DNA of 64,000 bases. Origin: Mustelus asterias. Taxonomy: Eukaryota. Below, piece after piece: positions 50,508-63,168 of the stretch (its first letter is position 1; each line of letters starts with the position of its first letter). The stretch covers positions 7,254,001-7,318,000 of the forward strand of contig NC_135830.1 in NCBI RefSeq assembly GCF_964213995.1, given 5' to 3'. The translations under genes and the position numbers were made by a program. Below the pieces are notes generated by a model that saw only the letters and a program-made list of their open reading frames with translations, ran no database searches and had not been told where the DNA came from.

Positions 50508-52543
50508 GGTTTTTGTGTCATGGTGAGTGACACAGGGATCTCTGTAGCAATCACAGAGTGGAAGCATCATTACAGAGGAACGAGTGACTGACTCCACCTG
50601 ACGAAGAGCTGATATTCTGAAGGAGACAATCATGGCAGATTTCTGAAATCTGCGGGACAATGCTGCATTTGTCAGAGGAACAGAAAACAATCTGTTCTTT
50701 CCCTTTCTGAGCAGCTATTTACACAGACAAACTGGGGTCAGGTCCTTGCAGAAACTAAGGTTTAAATTTTCAGCTAAGGACATATAATGACTGAAAAGTT
50801 TAAATACCAAAACGTCATCAGAGCGGAAAACAAAACTGTGCAACATATGTCAAGGGTAATTGTGCTTTTCCTAAAAAAGTTCTATCCAGTGTCATTCTGT
50901 TCAAAGTGATGGTTTGTGAATAGTAATTAATGTATGAATGTTTCCTGGCATTTACCGACATGTACAGACACGCAGATTCTGTCAAAAGACAGAATCAGCA
51001 CAAGATGACAGCTGTATAAATATTGCATTTTATTCAGTCTCAATTCAGGACAGAGGTAGATCCAGAAAGGATGCTGGCACAATTATATGGATGGACCGTT
51101 CAAATGGCCCTATTGTCATAATCCTTCAAATTTTAACCCCATCAAGGATTTTCCTCATTTGTTTTCCAAAGCCACGGTAAAATCTGATTCCATCACCATT
51201 TCAGGCTGTCCATTCCAGTTCACTCACTGTGTAAAAGTATATAAATATCCTTCTGTCCTCCTGTTCAAAAAAAAGATCTGAACCGATTGATGACAGACCG
51301 CCCTCCCAGTTGAAAAGAAGTATTAATTTAATTACCCCTCCCCCAACTTCATGATTTTCAGCAGTTATGAAATAGAGTCACAAGAAGATGGATTGAGATA
51401 CAGGGAGAGATAGGAAAATTGAAACGAGAAAGAACTACAGGGTGCTGACAGATAAAAAGCTCAGAAACAAAAAGAAAAGACACAAAGGCAGAGAAAATGA
51501 TAAAATTATGAAAGGTATGAAGAATTTTGTCCTCCATTGCTAGAGTGGTGAAGTTTAAAAACAGCGAGGTTATTTTGCAGCTGTATAAAGGGCTGGTGAG
51601 GCCACACCAAGAGTACTGTGTACAGTTTTGGTCTCCCTACTTGAGAAAGGATATACTGGCACTGGAGGAGGTGCAGAGGAGATTCTGGAGTTGAGAAGTT
51701 TGGCTTCTGAGGAGAGACTGAGTAGACTGGGGCTGTAATCATTGGAATTGAGAAGAATGAGCGAAGATCTTATACAAAGACATGAGATTATGATGGGAAT
51801 AGATACGATAGAAACAGGGCAGGTGAAACTGGAACTAGGAGGCATGGCCTCAAAATAAGGGGGAGCAGATTTAGGACTGAGTTGAGGAGGTATTTCTTCA
51901 CCCAACGGGTTGTGAATCTGTGGAATTCCCTGCTTGATGCTACTTATTGATGTTTTTAAGGCAATGGTAGATACATTTCTGAGTAGTAAAGGAATTAAGA
52001 GTTATGGTGTGCGGGCGGAGTCCACGAAGAGATCGGCCATGCTCATGTTGAACTGCGGAACAGGTTAGAGGGGCCAGATGGCCTTCTCCTGCTCCTCGTT
52101 CTTCTGATCTTATGTTCTTATGTAAGAAGCTATTATTTCCTGCCTTCACGGAACCCGAGTGAGCTGAGTGACTGATCCATTGGCCGTCCAGTTATGACCT
52201 GGAATGGAAACTTAAAACAGATCACAGGCTCATTTGTAAATGTCACCTCAATTTGATCTGTGTGTCTCTGCCCTGACTCTCTGGACAGATATAGGCCGCA
52301 TTTACAGATGTCCTCACCAGATTGTGTCCCTTGGATTTATTTTCTGCTCAGAAGTGAGATGTGCGGTTTGGAACCGGTAGCAGAGAAACAGGAAGATGTG
52401 TTACCTGAGAATGAAACAGTCGGCGTCAGTTTGATGTTATCGCCGTGAACAGCCTTCCTGCCTGTGAGGGTGAACTCACCCTGACAGCATCAAGAACAAC
52501 AACACAGATTGGTGCCGGTCTCAGTATTACATTCAACTCCATT
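50508..52543 (-). pseudogene. Decayed, LINE-split TCR-like V relic in inverted orientation with RSS
   Basis: Minus strand: leader-like HQSVLLFLMLS..|GTGAGT (about 52480); acceptor ttccattccag| at 52199 then GSVTQL.../SVKAGNNSF; CR1 insertion at about 51520-52120; PQFV; FR3-like QKSAMIVSFRISALRQVESVTRSSVM; TACAGAG-23 bp-ACAAAAACC (50546-50508). Linking the pieces into one gene is inference. Confidence 0.4.
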
Positions 52544-54899
52544 TCTATTTTAAAGAATAAAATAAATTATAACATGTGGATTAACAACATTAGAATCATA
52601 GAAACCCTAAAGTGCAAAAACAGACCATTTGGCCCATCGAGTCTGCACCGACCACAATCCCACCCAGACCCTACCCCCATATCCCTACATATTTATCCGT
52701 TAATCCCTCTAACCTACGCATCTCAGGACAATAAGGGGCAATTTTAGCATGGCCAATCAACCGAACCCGCGCATCTTTGGACTGTGGGAAGAAACCGGAG
52801 CACCCGGAGGAAACCCACGCAGACACGAGGAGAATGTGCAAACTCCACACACACAGTGGCCCAAGCCGGGAATCGAACCCAGATCCCTGGCGCTGTGAAG
52901 CTAACCACTGTGCTACCATGCCGCCATTAACTGGAGAGGCGATGGACTGAATATTATCACTTGGAGAAAATAATGAAAATTCAAGCAATAATTTTGCCCA
53001 CAGAATGTAATTCTAAAATACAAACTTTCAAGTGTGTTCGCTGTTGTGTGAGAGAAATCGAGGAGAGGTTAAGTGAGTGGACTGGTCTGAATCTGGCATG
53101 AATTTTCCTCTGAGATTTTTGTGATTCAGCTTTTCAATCACAAGGTGCCTTAAGCCAAAAATTGAACATTGGTTCCTCGCAGCTGCCAGGTCCGGCTCTT
53201 GGGTGCCTGTGTAAGTGAGTTAATTGAAACTGCGAGGGAGAAGAGATGTTATTTGATTTAGGTAGAGTTTGAGATGGAGAAAAAGAGGATAGCAGCAAAT
53301 CATTTGAAAGATGCATTGCCTTGGTAGCAGAATGGCCAGCTGTACATCACATTCAAGACCGTCCCTGGTAATGTATTACCTTTAGGTATTGACTGAGGCT
53401 TAGGATCTGCAAGCAAACATTCAATAAATTATAATAACATGCTTGAAGTCAATATCAATTATTTGCAACTTCCTTTTGTAAACAATGAAAAAAACATGTG
53501 TATCGTCATCCAAAACCACACATTACAGGTGCACGCACAATTGTTAGCACTGCTGCCTCAGCACGCTAGGGATGGATTGGCGGGGATGCGGCGGGAGCGT
53601 GCTGTGTTAACAGAAACAAGGTGCATTGTGATAAAAGTAAACTCAAGGGGCAGTGAAATTCAAACAAATGCATGGGCGCACTATAGTAAGAACTAAAAAA
53701 TGGTAAATTGACTGATGCAGTAACTGATATAAGATCTAATGTTATGGACTCCGAGGGTCAACTAGAGACAGAAAGGGAGATATGGACAAAGTACAGTGAT
53801 AGACGAGATAGGACTCACTGAACTGTTAACAGTGACATTATTAAATACAGTATTAAATATAACAGGGTATTGTGATATTTGCAGCTCCAAAATGGGTATG
53901 AAATAAACTAAGCCCGAGCTGTACCGGAATTGCTTGAACAGGGGATTCATTTCCAAATTGAGACAGTATCCTGCACTGAGACATGTTGCTCCGCAACAAC
54001 TAAGACGGGATTCCAGTGCTACGTCTATATTCAAAATATCTGCAGTCATTACTCATACAGGGTTTGGATTCATGTAAACTGACACAGCATTTTACGCTGA
54101 GATAACGGATGCAGAGTCCGAATTATTAAAAACTGAGACCGTGGCCGGAAAGTTATTGTCCCGTCTGCACGGGAATCGGAACGGGTGAGAGGCGGACCAT
54201 GCAAAGGTCCGTTGCTGTCGGGATTTTTTTGGTCCAAGGACTGTTTTTTCTGCCATGAACACTTCATTGAAACCAATGAGGTATTTATGGAAATAAACAC
54301 AGAAATAGAAATCCCAGATTACGTTGTTGACTGACAGAAACACAACAAATATTTCCCCACCAACACAGCACAGACACAAAGAGAAACACGAAAATAAATC
54401 AACGGCTTCTAATAGGGATTGTATATTATTTTGGAAATTTTTTTCTTCATCAATTATTTATGATAAACAATTGATGATGAAATTTATGTTCAGAATTAGG
54501 AAAAACTAATTCTAATCCCGAAATATAATGGCACGGCCAATGTTTTTGTGGAGACATCCTGTGTTTGCATGTCTCCTCTGTCCGTCTTTTTCCTGTCTAA
54601 TTATGTGTCGTTTCCCTCCATAATAGGTCCACAACATGAAGTCAACTTCCAGCCAATATATCACCGCAGCCCTATTCACAGGCTTTTAACTAAATGGATC
54701 TAATTCAATGAATTGGAATCCGTAGAGGAAACGTTACTCCAACATGTGTCATGAGCATTCAATGACCTCAGAGTGTTCAATGGGAACTGTAGGGGAAATT
54801 TAACAATGTATCCAACCGGGTCTGTACCTCGTGGCGGGGTTTGATGTGGCAGTACCAAAGGATCTTTCTCTGTACCTACCCAGTGCTTTCCCTGCTCTT

Positions 54900-56680
54900 G
54901 GCCCTGCCTCTTTTCATATTGCAGTATACCCTGTCTCTGTTCATATTAATGGAGTCATAGAATCATAGAATCATCGATTCATACAGCGCAAAAGAGGCCC
55001 TTCATTCCACCTAGTCCACATTAACACACCTAGACAAGCTGACTGTTCATACTAAGCTGGACACCTTTCATTTTTATATTACACGTCACCATGTCTCTGC
55101 TTATATTAAATAAGGCCCTGACGATGTTTATATGAATTTCAACCTGTCTCTGCTTGTAGTTAACTGGATTCAGTCCCAGTTCTGCACTTTAATATGCTCA
55201 TGTTTATGTTACATTCGACACGGCCTGCTCGTAGTAATGTGGAAACTGGCTGGGGGAACATAATTCTCTGTATCCTCCGACACATACAACTCTATGGAGT
55301 AGAATGTTGTCTTCTGCACTGGCAAGCAACAATATCTGAAATCTAATTCTGCTGACTACTATGAAAATCGCCATTAAGCCCTGCATAACATGTGCAGTTG
55401 ATCTAATACTGTCCGTTTCAGGAAACTCCCGGGAACCTATTTTTAACCCAATATATTTATTTATTATATTCTCTCCATTTCGCAAATAAACTGCAGTAAT
55501 GTAGCCATAATTCAAACAGAGGCATAATCTAGAGCATTAGTAACAGTGACCCAGAGTTAAATATAGACAGAGTAAGGAAAAGCTATCATGTAAGCCGAGA
55601 TTAGGTCTCGTGCAACATAAATTAAGATCTGGCCTGGTGGAGTAATCACAGTAAGAAGTTTAACAACACCAGGTTAAAGTCCAACAGGTTTATTTGGTAG
55701 CAAAAGCCACACTTTTGCTACCAAGTAAACCTGTTGGACTTTAACCTGGTGTTGTTAAACTTCTTACTGTGTTCACCCCAGTCCAACGCCGGCATCTCCA
55801 CATCATGACTAGTGGAGTAATAACAGGGACAGCCTGTAGTTTACTATAAGCAGTGGCCTTATTCAAGTAATGAGGTAGTGCCGACTGCCAATGGGGGATG
55901 GTCAAAGGTCAAATGCTGGTATTTCCAATGACGCCTGCATCCCAGGAAATAAACATTAAAACGTATGTATGACATGGTCCAGTGAGGGAAAACTGAGACA
56001 ATGCCTCGTGTATTTCTAACGGATGCAGGAATTTGTGCGATACAAACAGGGACAGAATCTCATGTATTATTGTAATTCCAATTGCAGAAGCCAGATCGAT
56101 ATTCACTGAGGCAGAAACTAGTGTATTAGCTATGATTATTAATACAGGACCTATACTAAAATAAATTGAGACACACCCTCGTACATTAGTAGGAATTTCT
56201 GATATGGGATGTCGACCGGTGCACACTGAGACATGTAATGCAGCAAAAAGGGTAGCCAATAATAAAATAACGGAGAGAACATGGTTCAAAGGATACAAAT
56301 ACATGGACTGCTGCAGCACCAACTGAAACAAGGTCGAGTTTATTAGAAACTAATTAATTAGTAGCGCAATAACTCTGACCAAACCGTGGGTTAATGCAAG
56401 AAAGATAGCGCTGTTCCCAATTATTATGCAGAGATAAATGTTCCAAGACAATAACAATTGAGACAGAGCTTCTTGCCAGATTAATTTAGCCATAGTTCAG
56501 TGCAGTCACAACGAAGAAGGTGTAACATAAACAGGGCCCTGGCCTTGTATGTGAACAACTGATATTGAGCCGAGTGCAGAAACAATGTAGAAAGTGCCTG
56601 CTGTAATATGATCAGAGACATCACCTCGTGTAACATAAAGAGAGGGGGATAGGGTATGGACTATGTGAATATAAGCACAG
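54900..56680. repeat. Very degenerate tandem satellite of about 27-30 bp (TGTAATATAAACAGAGACAGGG-like), both orientations
   Basis: Recurrent 'ctgtctctg(c/t)t(t/c)atatta' at 54900-55200 and its complement 'gtaa(c/t)at(a/g)a(a/t)cag(a/g)g' at 55500-56680. Confidence 0.45.
55647..55811. mobile_element. Palindromic Penelope-derived hairpin insert (centre deleted)
   Basis: Same arms as 23360-23592; TSD GTGGAGTAAT at 55637-55646 and 55812-55821. Confidence 0.8.
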
Positions 56681-58226
56681 ATTTGATTTGTTTAAAATTA
56701 TTTAATGGGATTTGGCGTCACTGGGAAGTTCAGGTTTTGTGGCTCGTTCCTAATTTCCCTTGAGAATGCAGTGCTGAGCCTTCTTCTTGAACCATTGCAT
56801 TCCATACTGAGGAAGTACATCCACAGTGGTAATAGCAAAGGAATTCCTAGATTTTGATCCAGTGACAGTGAATGAACAACAGTATAGTTCCCCGTCCAGA
56901 TGGTGTGTGGCTTGATGGGGAACTTGTAGGTAGTTGCATTCCCACCCATCTACTGCCCAATCCTTTGAAGTATCAGAGTTAATACATTGGAGTGTCCTAT
57001 TGAACTTGTTGCTGCATATCTGGTACATGGTTCACACTGCTAGAGTTGTGCGTCCATGATGCAGGGAGCGAATGTTTAAGGTGGTGGATAGCTATTTTGT
57101 CCTGGATGGTGTCGAACTTCTCGGGTGTTGCTTGAGAGACACACGTCAGGCAAGTGAAGAATATTCAATCGCATTCCTGATTTCTGCCTTATAGATGATG
57201 GACAGGGTTTCGAAAATGAAGATCGGGTTATTCACCGCAGAACTCCCAGCCTCTGACCTGTTGCTGCAGCCACATTATTTAAATAGATGTCCCAGTTCAG
57301 ATTTCCATCAAGGATAAACCCCAGGATGTTGATAGTGGGGGATTCAGCGATGGTAATTTCATTTAATGTCAAAGGAATTTGGTTGGAATCTCCCTTATTG
57401 GAGAAAGTCATTGCCTGCTACCTTTGTGCCATGAATGTAACCTGCCACTCCTCAGCAAAACCATGGCTGTATTCTAAGTCTATCTGCATACGCGCCCGGA
57501 CTGTTTCAGTATCTAAGGAGTCAAAACTGGTGCTGAACACTGTGCAGTTATCAGCTAATATCCCACTTCTGACCTTTTGATAAAGCGATAAGCTGAGGGC
57601 TCAGATATTATCCCGAGGAACTCCTTCAGCAATGCCCTGTGACTGAGATGATTGGCTTTCAACAACCACAACCATGTTCCTTTGTGCCAGATATGCCTCC
57701 AAACGGTGGAATGTTTTCCCTTTTTGATCAAGTGACTGCGGTTTTTCTCGAGATTCTTGATGTCACAACCGGTCAAGTGCTGTGTTGATGTCAACGGCAT
57801 GCTTTCTCATCTCACCCCTTTAAAACAGAAATCACAGGCATCCTTCCATATGCAGTAGAAGATGGGCATACAGGAAGCACATCCATTTGAGATTAGTTTT
57901 TTTCTCATACGTTACCTTTATTGATGACTGAGGAGGCCAATTTTAGAGAGCTTACTTCTGTCACACGTGCTGCACATAAAGTCGTGTGTATGGTCGTTTT
58001 CTGTGTTACGAATAAGACTGGGAAGATTTAGTGGAGAGAACATTTTTCCCAAAATCTTATAGTCCCCGCTTTGCTGATGGTGTCGAAAGTTTTTGTTGGA
58101 TTGACAAAAATAGGGTAAAGAACGTACAAAGCAGATGTTGTCCAGAGCAAATATTCCAACACAAACATTGCACTGCACATCAGATAACCCAGTCTGCCAG
58201 CAGATGAAGAATTTAAAGTGTCGGTT

Positions 58227-58306
58227 TTGTTTTTAGACAGTGTGATGTTTTTGAATCATGCACCTCTTGTTTTTAGACAGTGTGATGTTTTTGAATCATG
58301 CACCTC
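58227..58306 (+). repeat. Exact 40-bp tandem duplication
   Basis: ttgtttttagacagtgtgatgtttttgaatcatgcacctc occurs twice in tandem. Confidence 0.95.
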
Positions 58307-61300
58307 CTGTGGAACTGATCCTATTTTCCAATAGAGAAGGAGAAGGTCGTAAATATTCAGAAAGATAGCAATTGTTTTCACCACTTAACAGCCTTTCACG
58401 AAGTTAAATGATTTCATTCACCAATAACATCCGTTCATGAAGATGAATATATTGCAACATTAATCTCCAGGTTGCAGGCGTCAATGGCCAGGCCAGAATT
58501 TATTACTCATCGCTACTTGCCCTTGATAAGAACAAAGGACAATTAAGAGTACAGCACAGGAACAGGCCCTTCGCCCCTGCAAGCCTGTGCCGATCATGAT
58601 ACCCTAACTAAACTAAAGGAACCTTCTGTCCTTACTCCGACAGTACCCCTCGATTCCCTCTCTATTCATGTACCCATTAGTTGCCTTCTTGAACCGCTGC
58701 AGTCCCTGAGGTGTAGGTACAACCACAATGCTGTTAGGGAGGGTGTTCCCAGTGACAGTTAAGAAATGGTGATATATTTCCAAGTCAGGTTTATTAGTGA
58801 ATTGGTGGGGAATTTCGAGGTGGTGATGTTCCTAGGTAAATGTTACGGTTGTCCTTCTAAATGGTAACTGTCAGTCGTATGGAATACGCTGCCGAAGGGT
58901 CCTTGGTGAGTTTCTAAAGTGCATCACATGGAAGATACACCATTTTTTTCCTGTTGAGTGAATGTCGATGGAGTGCATGCTAGCAACTGTTGTACCAATC
59001 AAGCAGGTCGACTTGCCCTAAATGGTAGTAATCTTCTTGAATGATATTTCAGCTGCACTCATCTAGCAAAGTGGTGATAATCCCATGACACTCCTGACTT
59101 GTGCCTTGTAGATGTTGGACACGTTTCGAGGAGGATACAGGAAGTGAGTTACTCACCACACGATTCCTAGCATATGACCCGATACCCGGAGCATTTCTAT
59201 AGCTGGCGTCACTGGGAAGTTCAGGTTTTGTGGCCAGTTCCTAATTTCCCTTGAGAATGCAGTGCTGAGCCTTCTTCTTGAACCATTGCATTCCATACAC
59301 ATCGGTGGCTGGTCAGTGGTAACCCCCAAGATGTTTATAGTTGGGGATCCAGCGATTGTAATGCCATTGAATGTCAAGGGACGATGGTTTGATCCTCTTT
59401 GTTGGTGATGGTCAGTGCCTGACAATCCTGTTGCTCGAACATTACCAATAATCATAAATCATTAAGGACAAAAAACCATTTGCACTACCTGTCATCAATT
59501 CACAAAGCAAAATCATTATTTCACCAATTATTTTCAGCATTTTATTTGATAGAAAATGTAAATGCAACTTATTCAATATGATTTATTTCGATTATGTTGT
59601 ACTGCTGTCACACTGACCTTCCTGTCAGCAAGGAATCAGATCTGTCCCAGAATTCAGTGGGAAATGGAATTAAATCAGCCCGAGGATACGGAGCAGCTAC
59701 CCAGCAGCCTCTACGCTTCATTGACAAGTAATCACCTCATCATCCCACAGAAAGTCCTGGTATATAACTGGAATGTATGATTATTTTAAAGGTGACGGTG
59801 TAAATGATACTACCTGTACATAATGTGAAGTGATTGATCATAAAATCCCGAATCATTACTACGCTATTTTGGACAGCAATTTAACTCTTGTAACTGTCTA
59901 GTGAGTGCCACATTTTTTATGTTGCCACATTGTTACATTTTTTACCCTGTTACCTTCACTAATTCGAGTGAGGATTTGTTGAGTGATTTGTTGCACATGA
60001 AAGGATGTCATGTTCCATATACTACAATACTCCCTCCTCAACCCAATCATGTTCTCGTTTTCTAATTTGGATATGAAGATTTATCATCAGCAGAGAAAAG
60101 AACAATCAGTGCCAGAAGACAGTTCCCTCCTTTTGTTCGTGAGGTTCACCTTCTTAGTTCCCGATAACATAGGGTTCAATTTCACCTCGAAAATCTGGAA
60201 GGATTGAAAGAAATAGGCTGACGCAAATGAAAAAAAGAACCAGTTTCAATTGATGAAGTTGCTAAAACGAGTATGAGGATGTCGAACAGCATCTTTCAGG
60301 CCCATCTAACGAGGCATCGATCAGTCCTTTCACTGATTCCTCAATCAAGATATTCAGGCTTCCAACTATCATTCATTGTTGCATCAACGCTTTGGGGACA
60401 TGACCTAACAGTAATGTCATTGGACCAGTGATACAGAGGCCCAAGCCAGTGATGTGAGGACACAGATGTATATCCGATCATGACAGCTGGTGGAATTTGA
60501 ATTAAATTCATAAATATTGAATGCATACTAACTGCGACCATGGAGACTCTCTGATTTCCCAATGAAGGAAATCTTTCATCCCTACCTGATCTCACCAAAA
60601 TGTGGCTCCATATTGGCAGCAATATAGCTGACTGTTCAACGTCTTCTGAAAAGCCCTAGCAAACTATTCAGTTCAAGATCAATTCGGCATAGGGAACGGA
60701 TGTTGGTGCCGACGGTGAGTTCCACGACCCATGGAACATTAAAGGGATAGAAAACACAAATATACGTGTTTATGTAATACAACATGTATCCTCTCTCTGA
60801 GCCCTCTCTCACACTCTGCCTGTGTTTCTTTCTATCCATGCATCACAATGACCTGATGTGTTGCAGAGAATATCATTGTTGCTAATAGGATGCGAGAGAA
60901 GCGGAATAACTTTCCTTTCCTGAGAAGTGGGAACATTCATATAGGTTAACAACTTTGAAAAGGTAAATTGCCTCCAGTATTGTTGCTGGGTGGATTTGTT
61001 TACAAAAAGGCCCCATTGACAATGTGGATAGTTTGAAGATGGCCTGCAGCCAAGCGCTCAGTCCTGAGGAAACAGATTATTGATTTACTGAACAGTACCT
61101 CCAGATGCTTCCTGTAAATAACTCTGGGCATTTGGCAGCAACCTGGATTGCTGCCAAATACTGTGTGGGACGGATTAGCTTGAAGGTGAATGGAAAAAGA
61201 AATGGACAAGGCCATTTCAACAATAAATGTTTCATTATCACAGAAAGACAGCATTTTAAGTAGTATTCCTTCACATATTTTCAATGAATGCGTTATTCAT

Positions 61301-62520
61301 AACACGATTAAATAGTTCAGAAAATAGTAGGATGACCGGATGGCATTTAATTTGTATAACTTTCAATTAAATGTCATTCCAATAATTAAAGCACGTTTGT
61401 GAACAACTTCATGAAATATGAGAGAGAGATGTTGATGGTCACAATCCACCAGCCCAATGAGATCAGTGAAATGGCAAAAAATTGAAATGAATAAAATTGA
61501 AAGAAAATCATAAAACTGCCCTGGATATCGGGGATTCCTGGAATATTCTGAACGCACCTCATTTAAACGGCAACGTCTCTGATACCTGATTAGCACCGTG
61601 TTCTGTTGTACAGTAAAATCTGATTTCTATTATTTACCAGTCCCTCTCATAGCTGCCATTGAATGGAGAAATTATCAGTTTGTATCCTGATTCAATGAAG
61701 GATGAAATATTTTTCTTTTGATATTGTGTGATATGCCGCAAAGTCCTGATATCCTGTGTCCCCCGTACCAGTGAATGTTAGACAGCCGGTGCCAATAAAA
61801 TGAGCTGCAATGATTTGGATGCTGAAGGAGAAGCTTACTGATCACCGTGTCCTCTCTGATTCATTAGCTTTACTGCCAACCGTCGATGCCAATTTTATGT
61901 TTCTCCGTCAACTCACGGATTATCAGGCAGGCGGCTTCCTGATATCACTAGTTTCCGCAGGGGTGTCTTATGTTCAGCGGCATTTTGAGAAATGTCAGGA
62001 CACACTTAATAATACCAGGAAATTCTTGTTATCTACAAGCCCAAATTGCACAATGATAGCCATCTGCACTCTAAATAGATTTTTTTAAAAATCTAGTTAC
62101 TTAGTTACAGAAATCGATAATAATTCATCTGATCAATTAAGCTTTATTATTGTAATTTGACAGAGACCCGGAATTGTTGCAAAATAGACTGACGGTCCCT
62201 TTATTCTCTGAAAATGTAATTTATGAATTTTAGTTTTGTCTTCGTGTTAGGGGCGTGCACATAAATTGACGATATTAACAATGAAATTAGCTTTTTTATG
62301 AAGCGATGATGAACTGCAATAATACCATGAGAAATAATGGGCGCATTACATTCAGTCAAACAAATATCCCGATACAGATAAAATGTCCATTTTAATATTA
62401 ACCTCTTGTAAATCTCGGAGTCCATTCTGTTGGGGTGTGGAAGGTGGGACGTGGATCCAGTCGCCGCCTCCAGCAGGGAATCAACAGGCGGCGCCTGGAA
62501 AGCCGCCCCCTTCTGCCGGG

Positions 62521-62529
62521 TATTTAAAT
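62521..62529 (+). promoter_or_regulatory. TATA-like box of the VH promoter
   Basis: TATTTAAAT about 85-100 bp upstream of the leader ATGs, preceded by GC-rich sequence; no ATGCAAAT octamer seen nearby, consistent with shark IgH promoters. Confidence 0.55.
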
Positions 62530-62606
62530 GCCACTCACGGGACCGGAATCCTACAGTCCGGGAGCTGGTTTGTTCACTGAGTTCCTGACACAACCATTTC
62601 CCTAAA

Positions 62607-62664
62607 ATGACCAGAAAGATGAGGTCGGCGATTTCTCCCAGTTTGTTGCTGACTTTCTTATCCG
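62607..62664 (+). CDS. Ig heavy-chain (IgM-type) leader exon
   Basis: (MTRK)MRSAISPSLLLTFLS G|GTGAGT; a 133-bp intron runs to tacacag| at 62797. Confidence 0.9.
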
Positions 62665-62797
62665 GTGAGTAGTTTTTTATTGTCCAAGTCTCTCACTGTT
62701 ACTGTCTCATTGTTAGTCTATCTCTGGCATGTTCCAGAAACAGGAATCATTTCACCAGGATTAATTCTCGTGTTTTTTTAAATATATATTTACACAG

Positions 62798-63168
62798 GTG
62801 TCCAGTCGGAGGTTATCTTGACTCAGCCAGAAGCAGAGAGCGGGCGTCCCGGTGGCTCCCTGAGACTGACTTGTAAAACCAGCGGCTTCGATCTTGATCG
62901 TTACGTCATGCACTGGATCCGACAGGTTCCCGGACAGGGGCTGGAGTGGTTGGTTCACTACTATTCTCCATCGGATAAACGGTACTCCCCAATCCTTCAG
63001 AGCCGATTTACTGCGTCCAAAGACACTTCAAACAACTTTTTCGCTTTGACAATGAACAATCTGAAGATTGAAGACACCGCCAACTATTACTGTGCAAGAC
63101 ACAGCAGTGGTAGTGATTACCGGGTATCGGCGACTGGGGAAAAGGGACCATGGTGGTGGTGACTGTAG
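62798..63168 (+). pseudogene. Joined IgM-type VH-D(-D)-JH exon, junction out of frame
   Basis: [101 protein letters not shown], a 41-nt Cys-to-Trp junction, then JH (D)[12 protein letters not shown]|GTAAGA in another frame. The V frame stops at TGA 63160-63162. No intervening RSS or intersegment DNA. Confidence 0.92.

Noticed and set aside
50508-50581. D segment flanked by two RSSs
   Set aside because: The second RSS lacks a credible nonamer at 12 or 23 bp; the region is better explained as the 3' end of an inverted V relic.
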